Source of the DNA: Podarcis erhardii
Taxonomy: Eukaryota
Length of the DNA stretch: 64,000 nucleotides
Assembly (NCBI GenBank): GCA_964252035.1
Contig: OZ176201.1
Direction: 5' to 3' (one strand)
Positions 52,077 through 64,000 of the stretch are shown piece by piece (within the stretch, counting starts at the first letter, position 1; each line of letters opens with the position of its first letter). The notes beneath the pieces were generated by a model, which did not search any database, had not been told where the DNA came from, and was given only the letters and a program-made list of their open reading frames with translations. The translations under genes and the position numbers were made by a program.

Positions 52077-55000
52077 CTGAAAAATTAAACATGATGTAAA
52101 TTAGTCTGCTATCCAATGACCCAGATACATCAGTTGAACTCTGGCTTGATTGTTATGTTTACATTCTTTAAGACTCTTCCTCCCTCCTTTATAGTCTAGC
52201 TTATGGGTAGGGGTTCCCAACTTTCACTAAGCCCTTGGAGAAGCACAGCTTGTGAATCCAAACAAATTCTTCAATAAGCATAATAACGCATTTTGAATTC
52301 TAGGTTCTGAAAAAACAAGTATGTTCAGTGCTAATACACAAAGGATTTACATGCAGACAATAGTACTATTTCTCTTTTATTAGGTTGTACTAATAGGGTC
52401 AGATATAATAAGCAATACTTTGGGGCATGCAATTTCCAATATCTTCCTATATGCCACATACATTTTAAGCTGAACTATTAAACGGGAACTAGAAATGAAA
52501 GAAGAACTCTACAAAACCAATCAAGCATATTCTGTGGTCAACGAACAGTTATTCATGCCTTGTTAAATTTAGAAACAGAGATAAAAACTTCAGGGTGAGG
52601 ACTGATTTCCAATATTAAAATACTTCTCAAACATATGAGTTGTTATCACTTTCAGTTGTATGTTTTCACTGCATGAAATGAAATCAAAGAAATACTTTAG
52701 AAAGTATTATCACTGTAAACTAAGACTTTGATGACATGTCTGGTACTCGTTGGCGTACATACTATCACTCTAGTACAGAAGGTGGAGCCACACATAGTGC
52801 TGGTGCACGGGACTGGGTCTCTTTGAACAGGAGCCAACATACTAGTCCACATCACAGCAAAGGACAGGCCTAGGCTCTTAGACCAAGGTCACAGATTAGA
52901 AATCACAAGGTATTATAGAGAGAACCGCTTGTAAATAGCTGCAGGATTGAGGCCTTTCATTCATTTCATATATATGAACAATCAAAAAGATGGGTGCTTT
53001 TAAAAAAAGGTAACTATGACGGTAGTTAATAATGAAGATCACTTACATTTTGTACTATAGCACTGATAGCTATTAAATATAAATTGCATGTTCTGTACTT
53101 GTCATATATGATTTGGGACTTTAAAATGATACTTGATTGACAGGCCAATCTCCCTCTACAAATAAGCTGGATCTTCTCAAACAGCTGTTACACTGTGCCT
53201 CATCCAGATATAAGCCAGCCCCTAAACTGTTAACGCTGTAGGTTTCGACAATTTGAGTTTTTTAAGACTGATGTGACAAAATTCCACGATTCTAAATTGG
53301 GGCAACAATAACTTCCCTGTCTGAAATAAAAAGTAATCAGTACCATGACCTCAATGAACATTTTAATGTAACTCCAAGATCTGATATCATAATCAGTATT
53401 TTAAATGATCAAAACATATCAGAAAGCAATCTCGAAATCAGAGTGAAATGTAACCTTATGAAGAAAAACGTGGACATTCACTATAAATGTGCATCCTGGA
53501 ACAAAAAAACTCCATTCAAATTCAATGGGAAATGGTTAAGCTTGTATGTTTACCAACATGAACAGACATTGACTGATTTGATCAGCACTTAGATCTGAGG
53601 TCAGAACTAATCTCAAAACTAGTACAAATTTGAAAGCATCCAAGAAGTCAGCTTCTTTCTATTTGTTTCTTTCATTCTAGTAGCTGAAATACTTGTTTAT
53701 GCAGTCAGGAATTCAAAAAGCACAAACATTTAAGTGGGAATCTGTCCTGCAAGTTTGCTTTCACAACAACACTGACTCCATAAATGCTGAAGCTGTCAAG
53801 ACTCTCCCAGAAAGGCATATGCAAATGTGGAAGGGTTAAGAGATGAGAACGCTAAATAAAACAGCTTTATTTAGAGACAAAATCCAAAATTAGGCAACGC
53901 ATGTGGAAAAGCCTATTACTCTTTTAATTTTCTTCACTACGGTATGCTACAAAGTATGTTCCGTCTGATGTGGGAACCTTTAATGCGTTCAGAAAAAGAG
54001 CTGAGCAGCGTAAAAAAGAGCATTCTTCATTATTAGATACTGAGTACTCCATGAAACACTAACACTCCAAAACCAAACAGCAGTAGATAATGACAAATAA
54101 CAACTTCATTTTTTTGCCCAGCGCAGCATATCTTTAGCAAGCAGCTCTTTCTCTGAGGACGCCATTTTATCAAACCTGAAAGGCAGCCAAAAGCTTAGGA
54201 CGCTGTGCTGCTGCTGCTGTCTCCGAAACATTATGTAATAAACTGATTTAGCAGAAGCAGATGCCATTTGCCCCCTTCCCCCCCTTGCTGCTCTATAGGG
54301 GCCAACGAGTAATGAAATACCTGAGAAAAGGTGCTGCCCAACCATCCTAGGAGACGCTACATTGTGTGCAGAGCTGTCTCCCCTCCTGCATCTAGGTTCG
54401 CCTGGGCTCTCGGCTTCAATATGTCGGCTGTGTACAGAGTGAGCCTCATCCTGTAGAGCTGCCAAGAAAATCGCTCAGTGCAAGTGTGCGCCCAGACAAC
54501 CTGCAAGCTTGCTCAGGCCCTAGCTGTGCTGGCTTTGGAAATGCCCTTTCCTCACAGGGAGACTCCTACCCCCACCTCCAGCAGCACACAGCCCCCTTAA
54601 CTCTGGGTAAGGTATCAACAGATGAGGATTTTAAAGCTTTGATTATCTAATTGCAGCTGACACTAAACCGATCTTCCTTCCTCTTTAAATTCTTTCAACT
54701 GTCACAAAACATTTTCACTTCGAGACCTAGCCACAATTAGCACGGTGGCTGCTTTTCTTCTGGTTTTTGAAAGTCAGCCAAAAGAACAGCCGCATATTGC
54801 CGATTGGCTGCATGCAAATACATTCCTGCCTCCTTCATGTTTCTATCCTCTTCTTTCCTTCTCTAAACAGCAGTGCTACACACACTTGGCATACCAGCAC
54901 TAACTACAATACTGGGGACAAACCTTATATAGAACCTGGCAAGCCTCCAGGTGCTTAATTACTTCTCTGCCTTTATCGCGAAAGCTGAAAACATGCAAGT

Positions 55001-58000
55001 CTATTAAAAATCACAGCTTCTATTTGTTGAGCGTACAGCATTGTCACTGCGTGCTCAAACAATACATTATAGGCTGTAAGTGCTTTTCCCTCTCGCAATT
55101 TCAAATCATGGAATGGCAGAGGGAACTCTTTTACTGCTGCTTAAAGTTCATTGTCAGCCTTCCTAGATTTTGAGAGCAAATCAAGTGATTTATAGCATAC
55201 AAGCTATGAATTACGGTGCCATCCATCTATCCAGCCTTTAAGACTATAAAATCGACCACCAATAGGGATTACTACTAATAATATAGTTGTCCTAGCATAG
55301 GATAAGTACTCCCAGAAGTAACTAAAATATGCATCAACTTGCCACAGCGGATCTCATAGGAGAAGAATCAGCTGCAATTATTCAGAAACAAAAAAGTTAA
55401 ATTGCACACAAAACATTATCTAGCTCCTAAAAATATAAACATAAAACTGCACCAAGCATATGAAGGAACATAGCCAACATTCTGTGAATTTAAGATATAT
55501 ATACTGTAAATTTAAAAAGTAAGTTTCTAGCCCATAAGAGTTATATGCTAGGCTCAAAAATGAGCAGGCATTGTTAATGGAAGTAGCCAGAGGAGCTGTT
55601 GAGAAAGGAGAAAGATTTCCAGTGGCCAGAACTTCAAATGTCCTGCAGTCTTCAGCATGCAAGGGTTCATTTACCTGCACAGTGTACTGTCCTCTGTGTA
55701 ACTGAAAAAAGCGTGTAAAATTAAAAATGCAAATGTGCTTATTCTGCATGAATTTGCCTGCAAATTTCTACATCCTGAAGCCTATATGCATTTAGGTTAC
55801 TTTGGCACCATTTTTAAGTGCAGGGTATACATGGCCAACAATCTCTTTTATTAAATGACACTGTATCACTGATGTCTCTTTGAACATTTAGTCATAAGCA
55901 GCTGCCACCAATTCCTCAGTCGTTGCAACTGCTTTACCTTCTCTTAAGAATTTATATTTTTGGGTTTCAGTATTTTCTTTAATTTTTTTGCTCTCATTTT
56001 GCAAATTCTTGGATTCTCTTTTCTGTAAATTTTATTTTTCTTTTAAAAGTATTTCTGTACCACCTTCTCATAATCTAACAACAATATTAAAAAAATTTAA
56101 AACTTTTTTAAAAAACCAGATCAAATACTGCATAGGCCTGTCAGTGTAAGAAAGTCTTCAAGAGACACCTGAAAGCCTAAAGCAAGGATGCCTGCAGATG
56201 CCCACAGGATGGGCTGGTGACACTGAATATCACCTTGAACCACTGGGTTGGTGGCTTGTTAGGTTTCCCCATCCCAATGTGTGTAAATGACTAATCGAAG
56301 GAGGGAGGTGCAAATATATCAGATATGTCAACATATCTGCTACAAAGTAGTTTTAGAAACAGGGATAGAATAGCTAGGGACCTGGGTTGTGGGCACCAAA
56401 ACAGAATGTCTAGACGCCAGGGGGAGGGGGGTCAGCAACACTTCTTATTTATTATTTTGATAAGCATGAATTAATATGCAATTCACATAAGTGACACATT
56501 GTTAATATCACATTTTTAGCAGAAATTGTTAGTACATGTTTAATTTGGTGTTTAAAATGAAAGTATTGGTACCGTACTTCAGTTTTCAAAACACTCTACT
56601 CTTTATTGTTCAACTCCCTAACATACTGTCTATCCTTAACATATACTTTGAGGCTTCAAAGCACATATATTTCAGTAATCCTTGAGTGACAACCAGCTGC
56701 AAAAACAATGGCACTCAGACTTTTTGAGGTGCTGGCAAATGGAGAATCTTTGGGTGCAAAATGCACCTGCTAATTTTGAGCCCTGCTACAAATATATCAA
56801 ATATGTATTTTTAATTTTTAAAAATCCACTGTGGTGTGTTCAAAGTACTATTTACGAGTTAGTGTCTAACAATTGCTAAATACTGAAAAGCCAGACATTA
56901 GTTTATGAGGAAATAAAATTACTTCTGCCCTATTAACCAACATCTGTCTTCCTTTTCCATCCCAAAGGTGTCCTGAATTGAGCTATAGTTGTCAGGCATC
57001 CTATGGGGATGGGATGGGCATTTAGGAATATATTTCACTCCAGAATGTATATCTGGAAAGAGTTATACTCTGCACTTGTAGCTACTTGGTTGTCCTTTAA
57101 ACATGGTAGACTTCAAAGGTATTTAAAATGTGTTCCAAACTATTCCAATTACTCACAGACATACTAGATAGAGAGATCAGCTGTTGGCAGGATCTTGCCA
57201 ATGTTGGAAGACTCCCAAGCACCTGGTAGCCAAGCACCTACAAGTTTAAGTTTGGCATTTAAAACCATGACAAAGGCAACCCCAAAATGTGATGCTGGCC
57301 CTAGGAATTAAAACCACTTTTCCAGTCTTGCACCCAACCCACCTCTATGTCACTAAGTAATGGGTGCAGCAATTACTAATGCTGTTTTCCATTTTTTTCC
57401 TTTTGTTGCTTTTATATCCTGACTTTCTTCCATCATAGAACCAAAGGTGGTGTACATGTAGTTTATTACAGATTATCAATTTAAAGCTATTCTTTTCTTT
57501 CAGCCCTGCAGAAAATATTTTTCTTTTTGCAAAAAGAGAGTTACAACTCTCCAGTTATATTACTTTCTCAGATGTCTGGAATTTTTTTTAGGCAAGTCTC
57601 AAGCAGAAAATAAAAGCAGTGTTCTCTTTTTGGTGCAAGTTACAATTGCAATAATCTTCTAAGCACACAAAAATGGTAATTTTACTATTTAATATAATTT
57701 TACACGGAAATATTGTATACCACACAGAGGTTTCTTTTTAAAAAATAAGACATTTATAAATGCATTTAAATAAATAAAATAATGTGGCCACTTCTAACAG
57801 AGTATCATAATGCTTAGGACAACATATATGTGTATATATAACTTGAAACAAACATGTGCATACATTTTAGGAGATACATTAAAATCAGCTTTCTGCTTAG
57901 AAATTCATCTATTTATCTGGAATTGTCATTTGAAATCCTAAACTTGTTTTACATGATAGGCACCTTCCTCTCCACAGCAAGTAAGTGTTATGTCACAAAC

Positions 58001-58609
58001 ATCCCAAAGGAAGATTAGGACTTCAAGTGGGACATAAGCAGCAGGAAGAGCAGGTCAACTTCCAACCCAGTCAAAACCGATTAGCCATGCTAAAAATATA
58101 CAAAAACTCCATTGTAAGGCGGCAAAGGTTACTGATTACATAGTACACTTTTCACAACCTCCCAAATGCCAAGTTTAGCCAACTACCAAAGTGGTGCTCT
58201 TCTTCCTTAACCTCGAGACAAACATTTTAAGGCTCAGCTATTATTAGATGCAAAGGCCATGTCCCACACTCTCCTTCTGACTGTTCTGAACCCCTTTCTC
58301 CATGTAGCCAAACTTTCATGATATGATAGCCTTGAAGAATTCTCATTCAGTTTCCAATATACCCCACTGGGTAGTGGGTTAATTTGTCCACTCTCCTCCC
58401 TCTCCCCCATTGAGAAATAAAATTATAATAGCACACATTTCAATGTTCGGCTCAGGGACAAAATCTGTTAAGCAAACTAGTACTTAAATTTCATGTTTTT
58501 ATGATGATGAAAAGTGTACTAAGCACTTAATGTATTTTGGGAACATAATGTAGGAACATATTATAATACAAGAAACGTATTCTGGCAACCAGTGGACGAT
58601 ATCCAATAT

Positions 58610-58710
58610 TAGTCATACTCAGAGTAGAACAACTGAAATCAATGGAATTATGTAACTTAAGCACCTTGATTTCAATGGGTCTACTCCAAATATGGCTTAA
58701 TTAGCTATCA
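58610..58710. mobile_element. Old palindromic MITE-like repeat (related copy ~18515-18600)
   Basis: actcagagtaga…tgaaatcaa…ttgatttcaatgggtctactc inverted core. Confidence 0.55.
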
Positions 58711-58741
58711 CTCAGAAATTTCTAAATACCAGGGGTCTGAA

Positions 58742-58795
58742 TTTCAATAAGTACAGCAAGTGACAAGGTTTCAATAAGTACAGCAAGTGACAAGG
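58742..58795. repeat. 27-bp tandem duplication
   Basis: tttcaataagtacagcaagtgacaagg x2, exact. Confidence 0.95.
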
Positions 58796-60719
58796 TTTTA
58801 AAAAGGGATATTAACAAATATATCAGAACCTACAGAATTCTGGGGAAATTCTCCTTTCATTCTTTGTGAACTTTGGACTAAACTGCATTTATAGTAATAT
58901 TTTTCATAGTTTTAGACCTCAAGATACTCAAGGCAATGCAATCATTTGTAATTCAGTGAAGTCTGAACGTTTAAGCTAGCATCCAGTTTTAACAAGGTCT
59001 CATAAATTATATGCAGAGGTGTATCTAAAATAGTGGTCACAGATATGTCACCCTTCTTTAAGAAATTAAATAGCATGCACAAGTCTACTTCTCTTTAAAT
59101 GCTAAGTTATTGTTTAGGCATTGCACAAAAGTGGTTGTCCTTATATTTTGGAATGTGTGTAACTTTCCACTTCAATACCCACCTTTAATTTTCACTCTAG
59201 TTTGAGAGTTTTCCAAAACACATCTGCTTTTCAATATCGTCAGCTATACTACATTAAACTATGCTTTTAATTAGCAAAATATGGAACAATAATGCTCAAA
59301 AATGGTCTGAAAGCACTCAACAGTTCTACTGCTGAAGAAATGAAAGTAAGCTGCCTGGATCAGAAATCACCTGGCAACCATATGTAAAGTGCTCTGATAG
59401 AGTAGGGTATAAATAGTTTAGTAATAATAATGTTTTAACAAATATGGCATTTATTTGCATACATATTTTATGTATTAGGTAACTGATTACTGCAAAGGCC
59501 CATGGAAATTTATGTTGTATCTTAGCAATTTTATTATTCATTCAGTTTAAAGATATACTGGAAAGCATAAAACTCCTCCAGTTCCATTACTTCTCCTTCT
59601 TGTCATCTTTCCTTCAAGTGTACATTTGGTGCTAGCATTCTCGTTGGTTCTCCACTTACATATTTAGATTTCAACAGCATCAGCACTTAGAAAATCTATC
59701 CAAGGACCTCTGCCAAAAGTGGAGTTCTTCTCCAGACATTCAAACCTTTGATGTGCAACCAAGAAACTAAAATCATTTTGTTTTAAGATTGAGCAGAATG
59801 TGCTTCAAAACCATATGAAACCTGATGGCAGATTTATTTTCCTATCTTATTAAAGTATTTTACTGCTATTGTTTTCATAAGTTCCCCACCCAGAAATATC
59901 AAGGATAGGCAGAATTAAAAATCTAAATAAAGGACAAAGCAGAATCACACTGCTATAACTGAGAATGCATTCTAAATCCAGCCTATTTCAATCAAACCCC
60001 TAAGGTTGATGTATAACTCCACATGAACTAATCCACTAGGAAGAATAAAATAAAGAAATTTGCATAGAGGCTGCAGCATAACTGTCTTTCAAGAATAAAC
60101 ATATTAAAATACATAGGGTTGCACCCAAATGCTGTTGAGTATGCCTTCCTGTCCTGTCCTCTATAGTCCCCCACACCCCAAAAAATCTGCTCCAGAGGGT
60201 TAGGGGGCAGGCCTCCAGAGCATATTTGGGAGTTCACAATGCAGTCCCATTGCACAAGTGCAGCTTCACTCGCACAGCACTGGATACAACACATGTATTT
60301 TCAATTAAAGATCTCATATTAGCTGGTAACAATTTGATGAAATGTTACCACCACACTAAAACCAGCATTTAAGGTCTAGGACATCAGACCTTTGAGAAGA
60401 ACAAACAAAGGAATGTTAAGCATTTAAGGAATGTTTCAGCATTCAGCATACCTAGAAAAGGTTATTTTGCCAGCCTTAAGACTGCATAGCCAGGAAGCAC
60501 AAAAACAATACAAGAAGGCACAAGAGCTGGAGGAAATGGGGTAAGACTTCAACTCCAATAAGAAGGCTGTTGGCACTTTTTGCTTACAAGGATTCTTAAA
60601 CTGCTACAAACAATAATCAAGTGCCGGCCAATTTTTCTATCACTGTTAAGCGTATTAAGGCATACAAATGAAAGAAACATGGGAATCAGGGATCAATTAG
60701 ACTCAAACCTCACCATGAT

Positions 60720-62100
60720 TTAGCCCTTGAAACTGTTTTTTGATTTTGACTTTACTGCTCAGGTTCCATCCTGCTGTTCATGAATGCTTTCCTCCTCATG
60801 TCTGAAGAACCAGTCTGATCCCAATGAATGTGTTTCAGAGGACACAGAACTTTCAGTTAGACTTCAGCACTGCCCCCTCTGAGTCACAACCATTTAGATT
60901 GGGGAAAATGCAAAATAGTTTACTAATCACAATAATCAATAAAATGGATTTTTTAAAAACACACCTGAAGCATTTATCCATTTGTTTTGGGATAAGGGAT
61001 TGGAAAGATTTGCACTCAGTGTATCTTGAACTCCTTCTTACAAAAGAATGCCTCCTTCCATTTACTTACTCCAAATAAGCCTTGCATTTCATTCATACTG
61101 CCTGGATCAGCTTTGGTAGACCCCTTTTAGCCTCATCTTTTCTCAGGCTATTATTGAGAAGGAATATATTCTGAGATCCACAAGTAATTCTTCTCAGCTA
61201 TGATATAAGCTGGCCTAAAGCCCATTAACTCTCACAGGACTAGCTCATCCTGCTACAATATCATATCATGCATTTATAGCAGGAACAGTTGCCAACTCTC
61301 ATGGTTTCTTAAAGTAACAGCTGCTGAATTTTTCAGCTGACTTAAACAAACAATAAGTTCCAACTCAGATTTTGAGAAATAAATTGTGTCACCATTCTGT
61401 ATAAATTATTTTATTCAAACCAATACAGAGATAGAGTGGCTCACTGAAACTTATGCTCCAACCCTAGCTCAGCCCATTTCATCAACCACACTTTCTCAGT
61501 ATATAACGAAACAAAGTGGACTCCACAGCACTAGAAAGGGCCTTCAAGAGCAGTTGTGTCTCACCATTCCATAACGAAACTACGGCCTTGACAGGATCAC
61601 CTGTTCTATCCACTGAAAAATCCCCACAGCAGTTAGGAATCTATCAGATTCCATCAGTCTCCAGCAGGTGGACCATCCTAACTGGTTCCCCACCCTTGCA
61701 GGGAAGAATTGTCGTTGCAAGTCCATATCTCACAAAGAAGTGGTCTGACCATGATAATGGAGTGATATTCACCATCCTTTATTTCCAGACCACTCCTCTC
61801 CTCACATGAAGTGAAGACTAAATCAAGATTATGCCCTGTTCTGTGCCTTGGACCAATGACTATCTGAAAAAGGCCTATGGTTGCCCTGAACTCCCGAGCT
61901 GAACATAAGGAATCCTCACCATGCATGCTGAAGTCACCCAAACCACCTCTCTGGGTTCCTCCAACAAGACAACCTCAGCCAGTTCGGTCAGGGAGGCTGT
62001 TGAAAAACAAGACTATCAATTTCTACCAGCCATGATGGCTGCATACTACCTCCACAATCAGAAACCATATGCCTTTGGATACCAGTTGCTGGATATCAAA
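60720..62100 (-). mobile_element. Decayed L2 LINE ORF2 (APE endonuclease and linker), approximate ends
   Basis: Broken minus-strand frames give ASLTELAEVV, GDFSMH, GHNLDLVF, TPLSWSDH, which are APE motifs typical of L2; many frameshifts. Confidence 0.75.
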
Positions 62101-62143
62101 GGTGGGGAAAGTATACTCTATCTACCTCCCTGCCTGTCTATCA

Positions 62144-62198
<55 letters not shown>
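62144..62198. repeat. (TCTG)n(TCTA)n microsatellite
   Basis: Direct reading. Confidence 0.96.
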
Positions 62199-62487
62199 GA
62201 CTTATATACTACCCTCCATCATATCATGGTGGTTCACAAGGTAAAAATACAAGGTAAAAGCACAAATAGTTAAAACAAAAACAACAAAACAATAAACCCC
62301 TCCACAAACACATTTTAAAGGCTGTAGAAGCATTTGGCAAAATTATAAAAGGAAGACTCAGAAGACCTAGTGGTGTCAGACAATGATTGCAATGCATAAA
62401 CAGCAGGTTCTTAGAAAGGGAAGAGGGCTATGTTATTCCCATTCCTCTACCTCAATCTAGAGGTAGGTCCACGTAGGTCCTGCTTGC

Positions 62488-62720
62488 AAACTTCACAAAT
62501 GGCTGACCACTGTTAGAATAGGAAGTATTTAGAGCAAAGGACTAAATGGCCTTTTGGTCAGATACAACAGGGCTCATCTTGCACAGAAAGCCCCGGTTCA
62601 ATACCTGGCATGTTCAGGTATTGCTGAGAAAGAGACCAGTCTGAAACACTAGAAAGTCACTGCCAGTCGGAATAGACAAAGCAGAACCAGATGAAACAAT
62701 GATTTGACTATGACTGCACA
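62488..62720 (+). mobile_element. CR1-clade tail followed by a decayed tRNA-derived SINE-like fragment
   Basis: tggctgaccactgttag…tggtcagatacaacagggctc, then ggttcaatacctggca (B-box-like) and SINE-like body. Confidence 0.5.
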
Positions 62721-63020
62721 CATACTATACCTTTCAAGCAACTCTGAAGCACATTCTTTTCCTTCAGAGAATTCTGGGCATTGTCTTTTACCCCTCACAT
62801 AATTATAATTCCCAGCAACACTTAACAAGCTATACTGCCCAGAATTCTTGGAGGGCAGAAATGTGTTTTAAAGGTATAGTGTGTATGTAGCTTTGATGTA
62901 AGACAGCTTCATGCATTCATGGACAAATTCTGCGGACAGCTTTCCTCAGATTGGGTTGTGCAGGGGAACAGCTGGTAGTATGAAATGTTTGAATCATATC
63001 TACATATGTCATAAACTAAG

Positions 63021-63140
63021 AGTGGGGGACCTGTGACCCTCCAGATGTTGCCGAACTCCAACTTTCCTCTGCCTCAGCCAGCCAGTCATGGATGATAGGA
63101 GTTGTAGTCCAACATCTGGACGGCCACAGGCTCCCCACTC
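63021..63140. mobile_element. hAT-like palindromic MITE, diverged
   Basis: agtgggggacctgtgaccctccagatgttg … aacatctggacggccacaggctccccact. Confidence 0.72.
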
Positions 63141-64000
63141 CTTCCATAAACAGTCAAAATTTAAGATATCTCAATAGGCAGTGAGCTATAACTGCATTGG
63201 AATTGCTGGAAACAGGCAGGAGGGAGGCTGATATTTCTTGCTTGCCTGGATGTCCAGTTTACTCAAAGCAGAGATGAAATGCAGCAAGGAGAAACAGATG
63301 GGAGTGGATCCAAGCAAGTGGACAAGAAGCTGCTGCACAGGGGTTAGAGGAGCAAGACAGATATTTGTGACTGAGCAGAAGATACAGAGAGTTTAGAAGG
63401 GATGTGTGATTTCAAACGTTTCTGAAGACTGGTTAATGAGAAATATTATGAAGTATTACTTGAGTACATGTTATATACCTATTTTCCCCATGACAGCCTT
63501 CTATTATGAGAACTGAAGATCTGAAAGGAATACCTGACGTCAACCAAGCATGAAGCAAGATTAAATGTTGTGTTATGTTTTCCTATGTGGGCTACAAATA
63601 ACTATGAAGAAAATTAATGTTGTTATTGTAACAGTGAATATTTTAAGATTATCTGCATTATGGCTACATCAGAACAAACCTTAAAATTATACACATGTAA
63701 CCTAGCATGAAGCCAAAGTCCATTGAGAAGGCAACATTGCCTCATGGCTTTTAGGACACTTATAGCTTCTGAACATTGTAGCAAGGATGCAGCTCTGACA
63801 AAACATAGTAAATCAATCTACCAATTAACAAAATAAAGTGAACAGGCAAGACTCTTCAAAAGTGTGTGCCTCCCTTTAAGTTACAGATTAACTGTAAGGC
63901 CTCCATATAGCATACACCTTAGCTTATAGGATCTGCCTATCTCAGTACAAGTATATTCAAGCACAGTATGTTTCAATGTCTACTCAGAATGGGGTATCAA

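Noticed and set aside
49414-52116. 900-aa ORF as a standalone intronless gene
   Set aside because: It is one exon (49488-52076) plus intronic read-through; MDSRLIYIMFNFS and MIQLLFSQ… lie outside clear splice sites.
54106-54465. 119-aa ORF with poly-Q as an upstream TNRC6C coding exon
   Set aside because: No similarity to the recalled TNRC6C N-terminus (K/E-rich start, REVPPRF motif); kept only as a regulatory candidate.
1-64000. Prokaryote-type systems (CRISPR arrays, operons, defence islands)
   Set aside because: The sequence is a spliced vertebrate locus; the short direct repeats are two-copy duplications without spacer arrays.

Overview
Vertebrate genomic DNA, most likely from a squamate (probably lacertid) lizard, judged from a Sauria-type SINE and lizard-type MITEs. 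The window holds most of one gene on the minus strand: TNRC6C (GW182 family; the Argonaute-binding scaffold of miRNA silencing). I traced 18 coding exons with canonical GT-AG junctions and consistent phases, from the 2.6-kb GW-repeat exon (49488-52076) through the UBA, Q-rich, PAM2 and RRM regions to the stop at 5141. A ~2.7-kb 3'UTR follows, with a likely poly(A) signal at 2414-2419. One expected exon (~40 aa) is not visible and probably lies in an N gap at 28559-28706. The upstream N-terminal exons were not found in the window. Introns carry SINEs, several MITE families, CR1 tails and a decayed L2. The most interesting unexplained signals are two candidate alternative exons in the RRM-splitting intron (7086-9326), a cluster of miRNA seed sites in the 3'UTR of this miRNA-effector gene, Rbfox motifs beside a cassette exon, and MITE-derived pre-miRNA-like hairpins. 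Comparisons with human TNRC6C are from recalled sequence, not from an alignment run here.
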